A stretch of DNA of 64,000 nt, from the NCBI GenBank assembly GCA_963758635.1, contig CAVWWD010000008.1:960001-1024000 (forward strand), given 5' to 3'. The notes under the pieces were generated by a model, which ran no database searches, had not been told where the DNA came from, and was given only the letters and a program-made list of their open reading frames with translations. The translations under genes were made by a program, and so were the position numbers. Position 1 is the stretch's first letter. The number at the start of each line of letters is the position of its first letter. Of the stretch, positions 18,540-29,413 are shown piece by piece. The DNA comes from an uncultured Candidatus Rokubacteria bacterium. Lineage in GTDB: Bacteria; Methylomirabilota; Methylomirabilia; Rokubacteriales; CSP1-6.

Positions 18540-19578
18540 ATGCGCATCGCCATCTCGCTGCGGCTCGCCAACGAGGACTGGGCCGCGGCGAGCGCCTGGG
18601 TGGTGGAGGCCGAGCGGCTCGGGGCGCACGCCGTCTGGTCCGCGGAGTCCTGGGGGCACGACGCGGTCACGCCGCTCGCCTTCCTCGCCGCGCGCACGTC
18701 GCGCATCCGCCTCGGCGCGGGGATCATGCAGGCGGGCACGCGCACGCCGGCGCTCGTGGCCATGACCGCGATGAGCCTCGCGTCGATGTCCGACGACCGC
18801 TTCAACCTGGGCCTCGGCGTGAGCGGGCCGCAGGTCATCGAGGGCTGGCACGGCATCCGGTTCGAGCGGCCGGTGCGGCGGATGCGCGAGACCATCGACA
18901 TCGTGCGGCGCATCGCGCGCGGCGAGCGTCTCGAGTACCACGGCGAGGTGTACGACCTGCCGCTGCCCGGCGGGGAGGGGAAGGCGCTCCGCTCGGCGGC
19001 GCGCCCGCGTCCCGACATCCCCGTGTACCTGGCCACGCTCTCGCCGCGAAGCCTCGAGATGACCGGCGAGGTGGCCGACGGCTGGCTCGGCACGTCGTTC
19101 ATGCCCGAGCACGCGTCGGTCTTCTTCGACCATCTCGCCGCCGGCGCGGCCCGCGCGGGCCGCTCGCTCGCCGACCTGGACCTCCAGGCGGGCGGGGTGG
19201 TGGCCTTCTCGGACGATCTCGCCCCGCTGCTGGCGGCGCGCAAGCCGGGGCTGGCCTTCACGCTGGGCGCCATGGGCTCGCGGGCGCACAACTTCTACAA
19301 CGCCGCGTTCCGGCGCGCGGGCTACGAGGACACGGCGCATCGAGGTGCAGCGGCTCTGGCTCGACGGGCGGCGTGACGAGGCGGCGACGCGGGTGCCCGA
19401 CGAGATGGTGCTGAAGACCAACCTGCTCGGGACCGAGGCGATGGTGCGGGACCGCCTCCGCGCGTACCGGAAGGCGGGGATCACCACGCTCCGCGTGGAG
19501 CCGGCGGCGGGCGCTCTGGATGAGCGCCTCGCCACGCTCGGCCGCGTCATCGACCTGGTCCGCGACCTGCCCGCGTGA
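18540..19578 (+). CDS. LLM-class oxidoreductase, probably F420-dependent (frameshift ~19340)
   Basis: WSAESWGHDA...RTPALVAMTA...GLGVSGPQVIEGWHG...GEVADGW. Confidence 0.88.
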
Positions 19579-19585
19579 CCGTCCT

Positions 19586-19718
19586 CCCTCTCCCTTTCAG
19601 GGAGAGGGTTGGGGTGAGGGTCGGTGGCGCCAGCTCGCGGGCCGACTTCTCCTCGGCGGACACTCCGTGAGCTTCGGCGACCGCCCCTCACCCTGCCCTC
19701 TCCCCAGAGGGGAGAGGG
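19586..19718. repeat. Inverted pair of REP-like palindromes (CCCTCACCC..CCCTCTCCC..GGGAGAGGG type)
   Basis: Units at 19586-19620 and 19685-19718 in inverted orientation between convergent genes. Confidence 0.75.
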
Positions 19719-19746
19719 GAAGATGAGGCGCCCTTCGGGCGCTTCT

Positions 19747-20094
19747 CTATATGGCGGCGATCGACATGATCTCCACGAGGAGCTTCGGGTTGGCCAGGCG
19801 CGCCTCGACGGTGGCGCGGGCCGGCGTGTTGTTCGGGTCCACCCACGCGTCCCACGCCTCGTTCATCTCGGCGAAGTTGCCCATGTTCGAGATCCAGATC
19901 GTGGCGGAGAGGAGCTTGGACTTGTCGGTCCCCGCCGCGGCGAGCAGCTCGTCCATCTTCTTGAGGATCTGCTCGGTCTGGCCCTTGACGCCGGCCGAGG
20001 AGTCGCCGGCGACCTGTCCGGCCAGGTAGACGGTGTTGCCGTGGACCACCGCGCCGCTGAGACGCTTGCCGGGGCTGAGCCGCTTGATCGTCAT
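19747..20094 (-). CDS. RidA/YoaB family protein
   Basis: VYLAGQV...NEAWDAWV...PARATVEARL...VEIMSIA. Confidence 0.92.
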   Translation of the reverse strand: MTIKRLSPGKRLSGAVVHGNTVYLAGQVAGDSSAGVKGQTEQILKKMDELLAAAGTDKSKLLSATIWISNMGNFAEMNEAWDAWVDPNNTPARATVEARLANPKLLVEIMSIAAI

Positions 20095-20192
20095 CGATCG
20101 GTCTCCTTGATGAGGTTGTGAGGAAACGTGGACCTTGGCTTCGCCGTGCGGGTCAACCCCGCGATTCTGCGTACCGGCGCGAGGCCTTCTCG

Positions 20193-21071
20193 CTATTCAT
20201 TCAGGACTCTCATGGCGTAGTTGCGGATGATGTAGCCGGCGATGCTGTGCCGCGACGGGCTGATCGGCAGCGTGTCGCGGGTGAACCACCGCGCGTCCTC
20301 CAGCTCCTGCGCGTCGACCTTGACGTCGCCGCCCGCGTAGCGGGCCACGAAGCCCACCATGATCTGGCTGGGGAACGGCCAGTTCTGGCTGCCCACGTAC
20401 TGGATGTCGGTCACGTCGACGCCCACCTCTTCCTTGACCTCGCGGGCCACCGCGCCCTCGAACGACTCTCCGTTGTCCACGAACCCCGCGACCAGCGCGT
20501 AGCGCCCGGGCGCCCACTCCTGCTTGCGCGCGAGGAGGAAGCGGTCGCCGTCGCGCACCAGCGTGATCACCGCGGGGTGCAGGTGCGGGTAGTGCTCGTA
20601 CTTGCAGCGCGGGCACTTCTTGCCCCACTCGCCCTCGATGCGCGCCGTGGCCTCGCCGCAGCGCGGGCAGTGGCCGCTGGTGCTCTGCCACCAGAGGGCC
20701 TGCATGGCCATGCCGCCGAGCGACAGGAGAGAGTCGGGCAGCTTGGTGCCGCGCATCGGCACCAGGGTCTCGCGGCGAAAGCCCGCGGGCACCGTGATGT
20801 CCGGAGCCAGCGGCGCGGTCCACACGGGCACACCGTCCCAGGTGCCGAGCCAGAAGGGGTCGCGGACCGTCTCCCCGAGCGCCCCGGTCAAGGCGCCCTC
20901 CGGCAGGCGCGGATCCGCCTCCTCGCCGGTCAGGACCAGGCCCTGGTCCTGCACGAGCAGCCAGCGGCCCTCCTGGGGCGGCGGAGAAGAGGCCGACTTG
21001 GCCGGCTCGAACGACGGCCCCAGCACCTCGCGGTTGAACGGCAGGAAGACGGACATCGGCGTGGCGCTCAT
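20193..21071 (-). CDS. nudC: NAD+ diphosphatase
   Basis: HCPRCG..CPRC zinc finger, Nudix box AGFVDNGESFEGAVAREVKEEVG, SQNWPFP. Confidence 0.92.
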   Translation of the reverse strand: MSATPMSVFLPFNREVLGPSFEPAKSASSPPPQEGRWLLVQDQGLVLTGEEADPRLPEGALTGALGETVRDPFWLGTWDGVPVWTAPLAPDITVPAGFRRETLVPMRGTKLPDSLLSLGGMAMQALWWQSTSGHCPRCGEATARIEGEWGKKCPRCKYEHYPHLHPAVITLVRDGDRFLLARKQEWAPGRYALVAGFVDNGESFEGAVAREVKEEVGVDVTDIQYVGSQNWPFPSQIMVGFVARYAGGDVKVDAQELEDARWFTRDTLPISPSRHSIAGYIIRNYAMRVLNE

Positions 21072-21502
21072 AGGCCGCGGCTCCGGACACGCTCGGGCAC
21101 GATCCTGAACATCTCGCGGTCGGCGGGCATCGCCGTTCCGCGCCAGAGGGCCTCGAGGTGCGGGTGGTACTTCTTGACGAAGCGGTCGGCGAGGGCGCGG
21201 CGCTCGGCGCCGTCGGGCAGGAACTCCACCCGTCCCCGCACGAGCAGGTTCTTGATCTCCGCCCCGCGGTTGCCCGACTCCGCGACCACGGCCACGCGCG
21301 GGTCGCGATGCATGTTCCCGAGCTTGCGGAGCCCGGCCACGCTGATCATGACGATCGCGTCGCCGTCGGCCAGGAACCACATGGGCATGGCGAGCGGCGC
21401 GCCGTCCGGCTCGACCGTCGCCAGGATCACGACCTCCCTGGTGGCGAGGAAGCGCTGGATCGGCCTCGTCGGAGAGCCTCTCGCGTTTCGCGGGGTGGGC
21501 AT
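21068..21502 (-). CDS. Pyridoxamine 5'-phosphate oxidase (PPOX) family protein
   Basis: ILATVEPDGAP..PMWF...KLGNMHRDPRVAV. Confidence 0.85.
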   Translation of the reverse strand: MPTPRNARGSPTRPIQRFLATREVVILATVEPDGAPLAMPMWFLADGDAIVMISVAGLRKLGNMHRDPRVAVVAESGNRGAEIKNLLVRGRVEFLPDGAERRALADRFVKKYHPHLEALWRGTAMPADREMFRIVPERVRSRGL

Positions 21503-21535
21503 CGGGACGGTATCCTAGCACGCGTCGCGGAGCAG

Positions 21536-22571
21536 TCACCGCGGGCGCGCCACCTCCTCGAAGGGCCCGGACACGCGCACGACGTCGTTCACCTGCCACG
21601 CGCCTTTGCGGATCGTCACGATGAAGAGATCGCCGCCGATGCGGGCGGCCCGGGTCGCCGCGGTGGCCGGGGCGAAGGCGAGGGCGCGGGGCGCCGCGCC
21701 CTCCGCGAACGCCACCAGGTCGATGCGCCGGCCCTCCGGCGTGAGGACGAACACCTGGCGCGCCTGGCGATCGGCCACGAAGAGGTTCCCGCCCGGGCCC
21801 GCCGCCATGCCCGAGGGCGCCGGGCCGCTCAGCACGAGCGTGGCCTTGGCGTCGGGCGTCACGCGCCAGATCTCACCGGGGCCGCCGCGGCCGGGCAGGG
21901 CGGCCTCGCCGTCCGCGGCCACCCACAGGTGCCCGGTCTCGTCCATGGCGAGCAGGCGTGGCCGCTTCAGGCTCACCCAGCGCGGCTCCAGCACGCGGCC
22001 CGACGGGTCCAGCCGGATCACCGCGCCCTGCTCGCGGTCGGCCACGTAGACGTTGCCCGCGGCGTCCGCCGCCGCGCCTTCGGGCTGCCGGAGGAGCGCG
22101 GCCTCGCCCGCGGCCGGGCTGCCGCCCGCGAAGAACTCGGCGCGACCGTCGACGAGGCGGTAGAGCACGCCGATCTTGCGATCGCGATCGAAGGACGACA
22201 CGAACACCTCGCGGCCCCCGCGCACCATCGCCACCTGGGCGTTCTTGAGCGGAGGACCGTGGACCATGTGCCGCTCCGTGGCCGGCGTGACCTCGCCACC
22301 CCCGGGAGGGACGCGGAAGATGGGCAGGAGGTCGTCGCCCTCGCCGCCACCGTAGCGCCGGCCGGTGCGGCCGAGGTAGAGCGCGCCTGCCTCGTCGAAC
22401 GCCAGCGTGCCCGAGGACGGGAAGCCGCGGACCTCGACGCCGGGGACGTTGCCGGTCACGTACGTCCGCGCGGTGAACCCCGCGCGGCACCTGGACGTCC
22501 GGATCCGCGGCGTGGGCGGCCCGCGGCGTGACGGCAAGGGCGATGAGCAGGATCAGGAGGAGGCGAGCCAT
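21536..22571 (-). CDS. Exported SMP-30/NHL-type beta-propeller protein (frameshift ~22485)
   Basis: Signal peptide MARLLLILLIALAVTPRAAHA; repeats PEGAAADAAGNVYVAD and PSGMAAGPGGNLFVAD. Confidence 0.72.
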
Positions 22572-23173
22572 GGGCTCTCCGTTCGGCGCCGGGCCTCGAA
22601 GGCCGCGATCGCCGTCTCGTGGGTCAGCGTGAAGGCGATCTCGTCCTGGCCGGCGAGCAGGCTCTCCTTCTTGAACGGGTCCACGTCGAAGGCGATCCGA
22701 GCTCCGTCGGGGCCGGTCAGCGACTGGGCCGCGAGGTCCACGCTCATGGTGGCGCCGGGCCGCTCGTGGAGCTGGCGGCGGAGCGCCGCGCCCGTCTCGG
22801 CCGGCACCACGATGGCGAGCGAGCCGTTCTTCGAGCAGTTCTGGAAGAAGATGTCGCCGAAGCTCGGGCCCACCACGCAGCGGATGCCGTAGGCCTTCAG
22901 CACCCACACCGCGGCCTCGCGCGAGGAGCCGCAGCCGAAGTTGTCCGCGGTGACGAGGATGCGCGCCGACCGGTACGGCGCCTGGTTCAGCACGAACTCC
23001 GGGCGCTCCCCGCCCTGCTCGTCGAACCGCACGTCGTGGAAGAGGTAGCGCTCGTAGCCCGGGCCCGGCGACTTCCGGAGGAAGCGGGCGGGGATGATGC
23101 GGTCGGTGTCCACGTTGGGCAGGTCGATCGGGGCCGCCACCGCGGTCAGCGTGGTGAAGGGCTCCATGGGCAT
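22553..23173 (-). CDS. leuD: 3-isopropylmalate dehydratase small subunit-like
   Basis: NVDTDRIIPARFL, NFGCGSSREAA, SFGDIF. Confidence 0.9.
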   Translation of the reverse strand: MPMEPFTTLTAVAAPIDLPNVDTDRIIPARFLRKSPGPGYERYLFHDVRFDEQGGERPEFVLNQAPYRSARILVTADNFGCGSSREAAVWVLKAYGIRCVVGPSFGDIFFQNCSKNGSLAIVVPAETGAALRRQLHERPGATMSVDLAAQSLTGPDGARIAFDVDPFKKESLLAGQDEIAFTLTHETAIAAFEARRRTESPWLASS

Positions 23174-23175
23174 GG

Positions 23176-24591
23176 TCAGGCTCCCGCCGGCGTGAGCGCG
23201 CGGACGTTGGTCAGCGTGCCCGTCACCGCGGCGGCGGCGACCATGGCCGGGCTCATCAGGTGGGTCCGGACGCCCTTGCCCTGGCGGCCCTCGAAGTTCC
23301 GGTTGGACGTGGACGCGATGCGCTCGCCCGCCTGTCCCAGGTCGCCGTTCATGCCCACGCACATCGAGCAGCCCGGATCGCGCCACTCGAAGCCGGCCGC
23401 CGTGAAGATCCGGTCGAGCCCCTCGGCCTCGGCGGCGCGCTTGACCAGGCCCGAGCCCGGGACCACGAAGGTGGGGATCACCGCGCGGCGACCCTTCGCG
23501 ACCGCGGCCGCCGCGCGCAGGTCCTCGAGGCGGCTGTTCGTGCACGAGCCGATGAAGGCGCGGTCCACCCGCACCTGGGACAGCGGCGTCCCGGGCACGA
23601 GACCCATGTACGCGAGCATCCGCTCCACGCTCTGCCGGCGCACGGGGTCGGCGGCGCGGGCGGGGTCGGGGACGCGCTCGGTGATGGCGAGGGCCTCCTG
23701 CGGGCTCGTGCCCCACGTCACGGTGGGCGCGATCTCGCTCGCGGCCAGGCTCACCTCGCGGTCGAAGGCGGCGCCCGGGTCGGAGGGCAGCGTGCGCCAG
23801 TACGCGAGCGCCTGGCCCCACAGGTCCCCGCGGGGCGCGTAGGGGCGCCCCTCGAGGTACGCGTACGTCGTCTCGTCGGGCGCGACCATGCCGGTGCGGG
23901 CGCCCGCCTCGATCGTCATGTTGCAGACCGTCATGCGCTCGTCCATGGTCATGCCGGCGAACGCCGAGCCGGCGTACTCGATCGCGTACCCGACGCCGCC
24001 CGCCGCGCTGATCCGCGCGATGATCGTGAGGATCACGTCCTTGGCGGTGACGCCGAACGGGCGCGTGCCGTCCACGGTGATCCGCATCGTCTTCGGCTTC
24101 TTCTGCCAGAGGCACTGCGTGGCGAGCACGTGCTCGACCTCGGAGGAGCCGATGCCGAACGACACGCAGCCGAAGGCCCCGTGGGTGGACGTGTGGGAGT
24201 CGCCGCAGACGAGGAGGATGCCGGGCTGGGTCAGCCCCTGCTCGGGGCCGACCACGTGCACGATGCCCTGGCGCGCGTCGCCGGGGCCGAAGAACGCGAT
24301 CCCGTGCGCGGCGGTGTTCCTCGTGATCGCCTCGACCTTCTCGCGCATCTCCGGCTCGGTGAGCGCGATGCCGCCGGGCGCCGTGGGCACGTAGTGGTCG
24401 GCGGTGGCGGAGGTGAGGGCGGGGCGGCGCGGCCGGCGGCCCCCGGCGGCCAGGCGCTCGAAGGCGCCGAACGACCCGTCGTGGACGAGGTGCCGGTCGA
24501 TGTAGAGGAGGCTCTGGCCGCCCGGCCCCTCGGCGACGACGTGGCGGCTCCAGATCTTCTCGAAGAGCGTGCGCGGCGCGCTCACGGTCAC
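23176..24591 (-). CDS. leuC: 3-isopropylmalate dehydratase large subunit-like
   Basis: [62 protein letters not shown]. Confidence 0.92.
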   Translation of the reverse strand: MTVSAPRTLFEKIWSRHVVAEGPGGQSLLYIDRHLVHDGSFGAFERLAAGGRRPRRPALTSATADHYVPTAPGGIALTEPEMREKVEAITRNTAAHGIAFFGPGDARQGIVHVVGPEQGLTQPGILLVCGDSHTSTHGAFGCVSFGIGSSEVEHVLATQCLWQKKPKTMRITVDGTRPFGVTAKDVILTIIARISAAGGVGYAIEYAGSAFAGMTMDERMTVCNMTIEAGARTGMVAPDETTYAYLEGRPYAPRGDLWGQALAYWRTLPSDPGAAFDREVSLAASEIAPTVTWGTSPQEALAITERVPDPARAADPVRRQSVERMLAYMGLVPGTPLSQVRVDRAFIGSCTNSRLEDLRAAAAVAKGRRAVIPTFVVPGSGLVKRAAEAEGLDRIFTAAGFEWRDPGCSMCVGMNGDLGQAGERIASTSNRNFEGRQGKGVRTHLMSPAMVAAAAVTGTLTNVRALTPAGA

Positions 24592-24827
24592 GCCTCCCGG
24601 GGCCGGCGGCGCCGGAAGATCGGCGGCACGCTGACGATCGTCCACACGCCCTCCAGCAGCACGAAGCCCCACTGCTGCGCGCGGTACGCGACGACGGTGA
24701 GGATGAGGGCGCCGACGAGGTTGAGCCAGCTGTAGGCGGGATGGACGCGGTCCATCCAGCCGAGCTGGTTCGCGGTGTAGGCGACCAGGATCATGATCGC
24801 CCCGACCACCGAGACGGCCTGGTCCAC
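24588..24827 (-). CDS. Small membrane protein (CBU_0592-like)
   Basis: [10 protein letters not shown]...YSWLNLVGA...[10 protein letters not shown]. Confidence 0.7.
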   Translation of the reverse strand: MDQAVSVVGAIMILVAYTANQLGWMDRVHPAYSWLNLVGALILTVVAYRAQQWGFVLLEGVWTIVSVPPIFRRRRPREA

Positions 24828-24834
24828 GGGCGGG

Positions 24835-25782
24835 TCACCGCGCGCCGCGCGGGGCGCCGGGCACGTGGCCGACCGTGCCCGCGTACTTCTCGAGCTCCTC
24901 GGGCGGCAGGAACGCCTCCTCCCACTGCCGGACCTGGTCGAACCCGGCGAAGGTGTGGAGGTCGCCCAGGGGATGGCCACGGAACCGCTCGGCGAACTCC
25001 GCCTCCGCGGCCGGGCCCTTCTCGCGGAGGGCGAGGGCGAAGTCGTGGAGGGCCTGCACGGTGACGCGCAGGAGCGCGCCGGGCAGGATCGTCACCGCGA
25101 TGCCCAGGTCCTGCATCTCGGCCACGGTGAAGCGCGGGGACACGCCGGTCTGGTTGTAGAAGACGCGCCCCTTGACCTCGCGGCAGATGCGCTTCACCTC
25201 GTCGACGCTGGTCGGTCCCTCGACGAAGGCGAGGTCGGCGCCCGCGTCCAGGTAGGCGTTGGCGCGGCGGATGGCCTCGTCGAGGCTCCCGCCGTGGGCG
25301 CCGCGGGCGTCGGTGCGCGCGATGAGGACGAAGTCCGGGTCGAGCTCCCGGCGCGCCTGGTCGGCCGCCTTGTACTTGCCCACGGCCTCCTCGATGGGGA
25401 TCACGCGGCGCCCGGCCACGTGGCCGCAGCGCTTGGGGATCACCTGGTCCTCGATGTGGATGGCCGCCGCGCCGGTCTGGATGTACTCGCGCACGGTGCG
25501 GATCACGTTGATCGCGTTGCCGTAGCCGTTGTCGGCGTCGGCGATCACGGGCAGGGCCACCGCGTTGGCGATGTAGCGCGCGTTGGCGTGCATCTCCGTC
25601 ATGGTCGCGAGGCCCGCGTCGGGCATGCCCAGGAGGGACAGCGACGTGCCGTAGCCCGTCATGTACACGGCGGGGAAGCCCGCGCGCTCGAGGATCTTCG
25701 CGGACAGCGCGTTGTAGCAGCCGGGCACGAGGAGCGTCCCGCCCTGGGCGAGGAGCTGGCGCAGCCGGGTGGTCTGTCGCAC
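24835..25782 (-). CDS. Isocitrate lyase/PEP mutase family lyase (KRCGH)
   Basis: ADADNGYG, HIEDQVIPKRCGH, IARTDA; own RBS (AAGGAG) and GTG start. Confidence 0.9.
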   Translation of the reverse strand: MRQTTRLRQLLAQGGTLLVPGCYNALSAKILERAGFPAVYMTGYGTSLSLLGMPDAGLATMTEMHANARYIANAVALPVIADADNGYGNAINVIRTVREYIQTGAAAIHIEDQVIPKRCGHVAGRRVIPIEEAVGKYKAADQARRELDPDFVLIARTDARGAHGGSLDEAIRRANAYLDAGADLAFVEGPTSVDEVKRICREVKGRVFYNQTGVSPRFTVAEMQDLGIAVTILPGALLRVTVQALHDFALALREKGPAAEAEFAERFRGHPLGDLHTFAGFDQVRQWEEAFLPPEELEKYAGTVGHVPGAPRGAR

Positions 25783-25808
25783 GGAGGTCTCCTTGGCGCC
25801 GGCCGGGC

Positions 25809-26673
25809 TCACGATCCCGTGTACCGGCGCTCGATGTCCTGCCACCAGTCGAAGCCGACCTTCCGGAAGATGTCGAGCGGCGAGAGCGCCGGCGCCCTCG
25901 GGCCAGTCGGTCTCGCGCTCCCGGAGCAGGCCCAGCGCGCGCTCCATGGCGGGGATGGCCGCGCCCATGCACACGGCGGGGAAGATGACGATCTTGAAGC
26001 CGATCCGCTCCAGCTCGGACACCTTCACCGCGGGCGTGCGGCCGCCCGCCACCATGTTGGCGAGGAGCGGCGCCCGCACCTCGCGGGCGATGCGGTGGAT
26101 CTCCTCCTCGCTCTGCGGCGCCTCGACGAAGATCACGTCCGCGCCCGCCTCCGCGTAGCGGTTGCCGCGCTCGATGGCGTCGTCCAGGCTCGTCACCGCC
26201 CGCGCGTCGGTGCGCGCGATGATGACGAAGTCGGGATCGGTGCGGTGCTCGGCGGCGGCGCGGACCTTCTCGGCGAACTCCCGCGTGGGGATGACCTGCT
26301 TGCCCGCGATGTGCCCGCACTTCTTGGGCGCTACCTGGTCCTCGATGTGAAGGCCGGCCACGCCCGCGCGCTCGTACTCGCGCACGGTGCGCACCACGTT
26401 CAGCGCGTTGCCGTAGCCGGTGTCGGCGTCGGCGATCAGCGGCAGCGACACGCAGCTCGCCAGGTGCCCGGCGTGCGTCGCCATCTCCGTGAGGGTGGCC
26501 AGGCCCAGGTCGGGCTGGCCGAGGTGGGAGGCGGCGGTGCCCGCGCCCGTCATGTACACGGCGCGGAAGCCCGCGGCCTCGATGAGCCGGGCCGAGATGC
26601 CGTCGTAGGCGCCGGGCGCCACGATGATCCCGGGCTCGGCGAGCATCTGGCGGAGTCGCGTGGTGGATCGCAT
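25809..26673 (-). CDS. Isocitrate lyase/PEP mutase family lyase (KKCGH), frameshift ~25890
   Basis: ADADTGYG, HIEDQVAPKKCGH, IARTDA; corrected frame ends ...IERRYTGS*. Confidence 0.88.
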
Positions 26674-26802
26674 GCGTCGGTCCTTTCCGGTGAGTCATCA
26701 TCGCGGCGGCACGGGCGCGAGTCAATGGTAGGCTTGGGCACACGCGACAGCCACGGAGGACGCCATGACCCTCGACGAGCGCACGGAAGGAGCGATGAGC
26801 GC

Positions 26803-28272
26803 ATGAACCCGGCCGAGCTCGCCACCTTCGCCGATCGCCGCCGTCGGCTCGCCGAGGCCGTCGGGGACGGCATCGCGGTGATCCCCGGCGCGCAGGAGGT
26901 GCGGCGCAACGCCGACACCGACTACGAGTTCCGGCAGGCGTCCGACTTCTACTTCCTCACCGGCTTCGACGAGCCGGACGCGGTGCTCGTCCTCAACCCC
27001 GCCCACGCCAAGGAGCGCTACGTGCTCTTCGTGCGGCCGCGCGACCGCGAGATGGAGATCTGGAATGGCCGGCGCGCCGGCGTGGAGGGCGCCATCGCGA
27101 CCTACGGCGCGGACGCCGCGTACACCCGGACCAGCTCGACGACAAGCTGCGCGAGTTCGCCATCGACCGGCCCGCGCTGTTCTACCGCCTGGGTCAGCGC
27201 GGCGTTCGACGGCAAGATCACACGGCTCCTCGAGCACCTCCGCGGCGTGCGGACGCGCGGGTTCGTGGCGCCCACGCGCATCGACGATCCGAGCCCGATC
27301 ATCGCCGAGATGCGGCTGCGCCGGTCGCCCGCCGAGCTCGCCCGGCAGCGCCGCGCCTGCGAGATCAGCCGCGACGCGCACGCCGAGGCCATGCGCTTCG
27401 CCCAGCCGGGCATGCACGAGTACGAGGTGCAGGCCGCGCTCGAGTTCGTGTTCCGCGCCGGCGGCTCGCCCCGGAACGGCTACCCGTGCATCGTGGCGTC
27501 GGGGCCGAACGCCTGCATCCTCCACTACAACGAGAACCGGCGGCGCATGGAGGACGGCGACCTCCTCCTGATCGACGCCGCGTGCGAGTTCGGCTACCAC
27601 TCCGCCGACATCACGCGCACGTTCCCGGTGAACGGCCGCTTCACCGCGCCCCAGCGGGCGATCTACCAGGTGGTGCTCGACGCGCAGCTCGCCGCCATCG
27701 CCGCGTGCCGGCCCGGGCCGGCAGCTACGCGGACATCCACGACGCCGCCCGGCGCGTCCTGACCGAGGGCCTGGTGCGCCTCGGGCATCCTGCCCCGGCC
27801 CGTCGACGAGTCGCTGGCCATGCATCACTACCGCGAGTTCTACATGCACGGCACCGGGCACTGGCTGGGCATGGACGTGCACGACGTGGGCGACTACCGG
27901 ATCCGCGGCGAGTCGCGGCGGCTCGAGCCCGGCATGGTGCTGACCGTGGAGCCCGGGCTCTACTTCGATCCCGAGCGCGAGTCGGTGAGCTACGCGCTGC
28001 GCGAGTACAGCGAGGAGGAGATGTGGGAGCGGCGCTTCCGCCTCGGCGTGACGGCGGCGAAGAAGCTGGAGGACGAGGAGAAGGGCCGCGCCCCCAAGGT
28101 GGCCCACCCCGTGCCGGCCGAGTACCGCGGCATCGGCGTGCGCATCGAGGACGACATCCTCATCACCGAGACCGGCTGCGAGGTCCTGACCGCGGGCACG
28201 CCCAAGACCATCGCCGAGGTCGAGGCCACCTGCGCCCAGCCCTCCCGCCTCCCGCGTCTCCTCGAGACGTAG
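26803..28272 (+). CDS. pepP: Xaa-Pro aminopeptidase (several frameshifts)
   Basis: FRQASDFYFLTGF, LIDAACE..SADITRTFP, HGTGHWLGMDVHD, TVEPGLY, GVRIEDD. Confidence 0.9.
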
Positions 28273-28320
28273 CGCGGTCTGGTTCCCGACTTCACTCGCG
28301 ACGATCGGCGCGCTCGGGCT

Positions 28321-28465
28321 GGGCGGAGGGGAGGCACCCGGGGTCACAGGACCACGCCGCACGCGTGCGCTGCCCCGTTGCGGCTGGGCTCCATCCGGGC
28401 GCGTGCGGTCCGATATTCCGAAGGAGGGGAAGGGCCCTGTGACCCCGGGTGCCTCCCCTCCGCCC
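28321..28465. repeat. ~145-bp hairpin element, copy A (perfect 30-bp terminal inverted repeats)
   Basis: GGGCGGAGGGGAGGCACCCGGGGTCACAGG (28321-28350) pairs with 28436-28465; core shared with 51743-51888. Confidence 0.9.
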
Positions 28466-28595
28466 CCCTGCCACGCGCTGCTGCCGCGACTTCTTGCGTG
28501 CAACACCGCAACACCGGGGTCAGGCACTCGCGCAACACCCGGACGGCTTCAGACGCAACGCTGGTGCCTGGCGCCGCCGTTGCGTCCGGACCACT

Positions 28596-29369
28596 TCAGG
28601 CCATGGAGCCGCCGTCGACGGTGTAGATGCCGCCGTTGATGTAGGAGGCGTCGGCGCTCAGGAGGAAGGCGACGAGCGCGGCGACCTCCTCGGGCGCGCC
28701 GTAGCGGCGCATCGGGATCGTGGCGGTGAGGCGCTGGCGGAGGGCGCGCGGGTCGCGCGGGCTCATGCCGGACTCCAGCGTGTCCACCATGGGTGTCTCG
28801 ATGGGCGCCGGGCACACCGCGTTGACGCGGACCCCGCGGCGGATCAGCTCGATGGCCGCGGTGCGGGTGAGGCCCACCACGGCGTGCTTGCTCGCGGTGT
28901 AGGCGACCAGGTTGGGGCTGCCCCGGAGGCCGGCGATCGACGCGGTGTTCACGATGGCCCCGCCGCCCCGCGCCATGATGGCCGGCCCCACGTGCTTGAG
29001 CCCCAGCCAGACCGCCTTGCAGTTGACCGCGATGACGCGGTCGAAGACGTCCTCGGGGTAGTCGACGAGCGGGCTCATCGCGCCGAGGATGCCGGCGTTG
29101 TTGAAGAAGGCGTCGATGCCGCCCCAGCGCTCCACCGCGGCGGCGACGTAGCGCGCGACGTCCCCCGAGCGCGTCACGTCGGCCTCGACGGTGATCGCCT
29201 CGCTCCCGGCCTCGCGGACGGCGGCGAGGCTCTCCGCGAGCCCGCCGGCCGCCACGTCCACCAGCGCGAGGCGCGCCCCCTCGCCGGCCAGGCGCCGGGC
29301 GGTGGCCCGGCCGATGCCGCCGGCGGCGCCGGTGATGACCACGACCTTTCCCTCGAATCGCTTGTCCAT
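28596..29369 (-). CDS. SDR family oxidoreductase
   Basis: TGAAGGIG, NNAG, YTASKHA. Confidence 0.92.
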   Translation of the reverse strand: MDKRFEGKVVVITGAAGGIGRATARRLAGEGARLALVDVAAGGLAESLAAVREAGSEAITVEADVTRSGDVARYVAAAVERWGGIDAFFNNAGILGAMSPLVDYPEDVFDRVIAVNCKAVWLGLKHVGPAIMARGGGAIVNTASIAGLRGSPNLVAYTASKHAVVGLTRTAAIELIRRGVRVNAVCPAPIETPMVDTLESGMSPRDPRALRQRLTATIPMRRYGAPEEVAALVAFLLSADASYINGGIYTVDGGSMA

Positions 29370-29413
29370 GGCGTCTCCTTGGTCGGCGCGGTCACGGCGC
29401 GCGTGGGGCGGGC

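Noticed and set aside
24835..26673. 612-aa double-lyase fusion
   Set aside because: An indel near 25890 creates it; the first gene stops at 25809 and the second has its own RBS and start.
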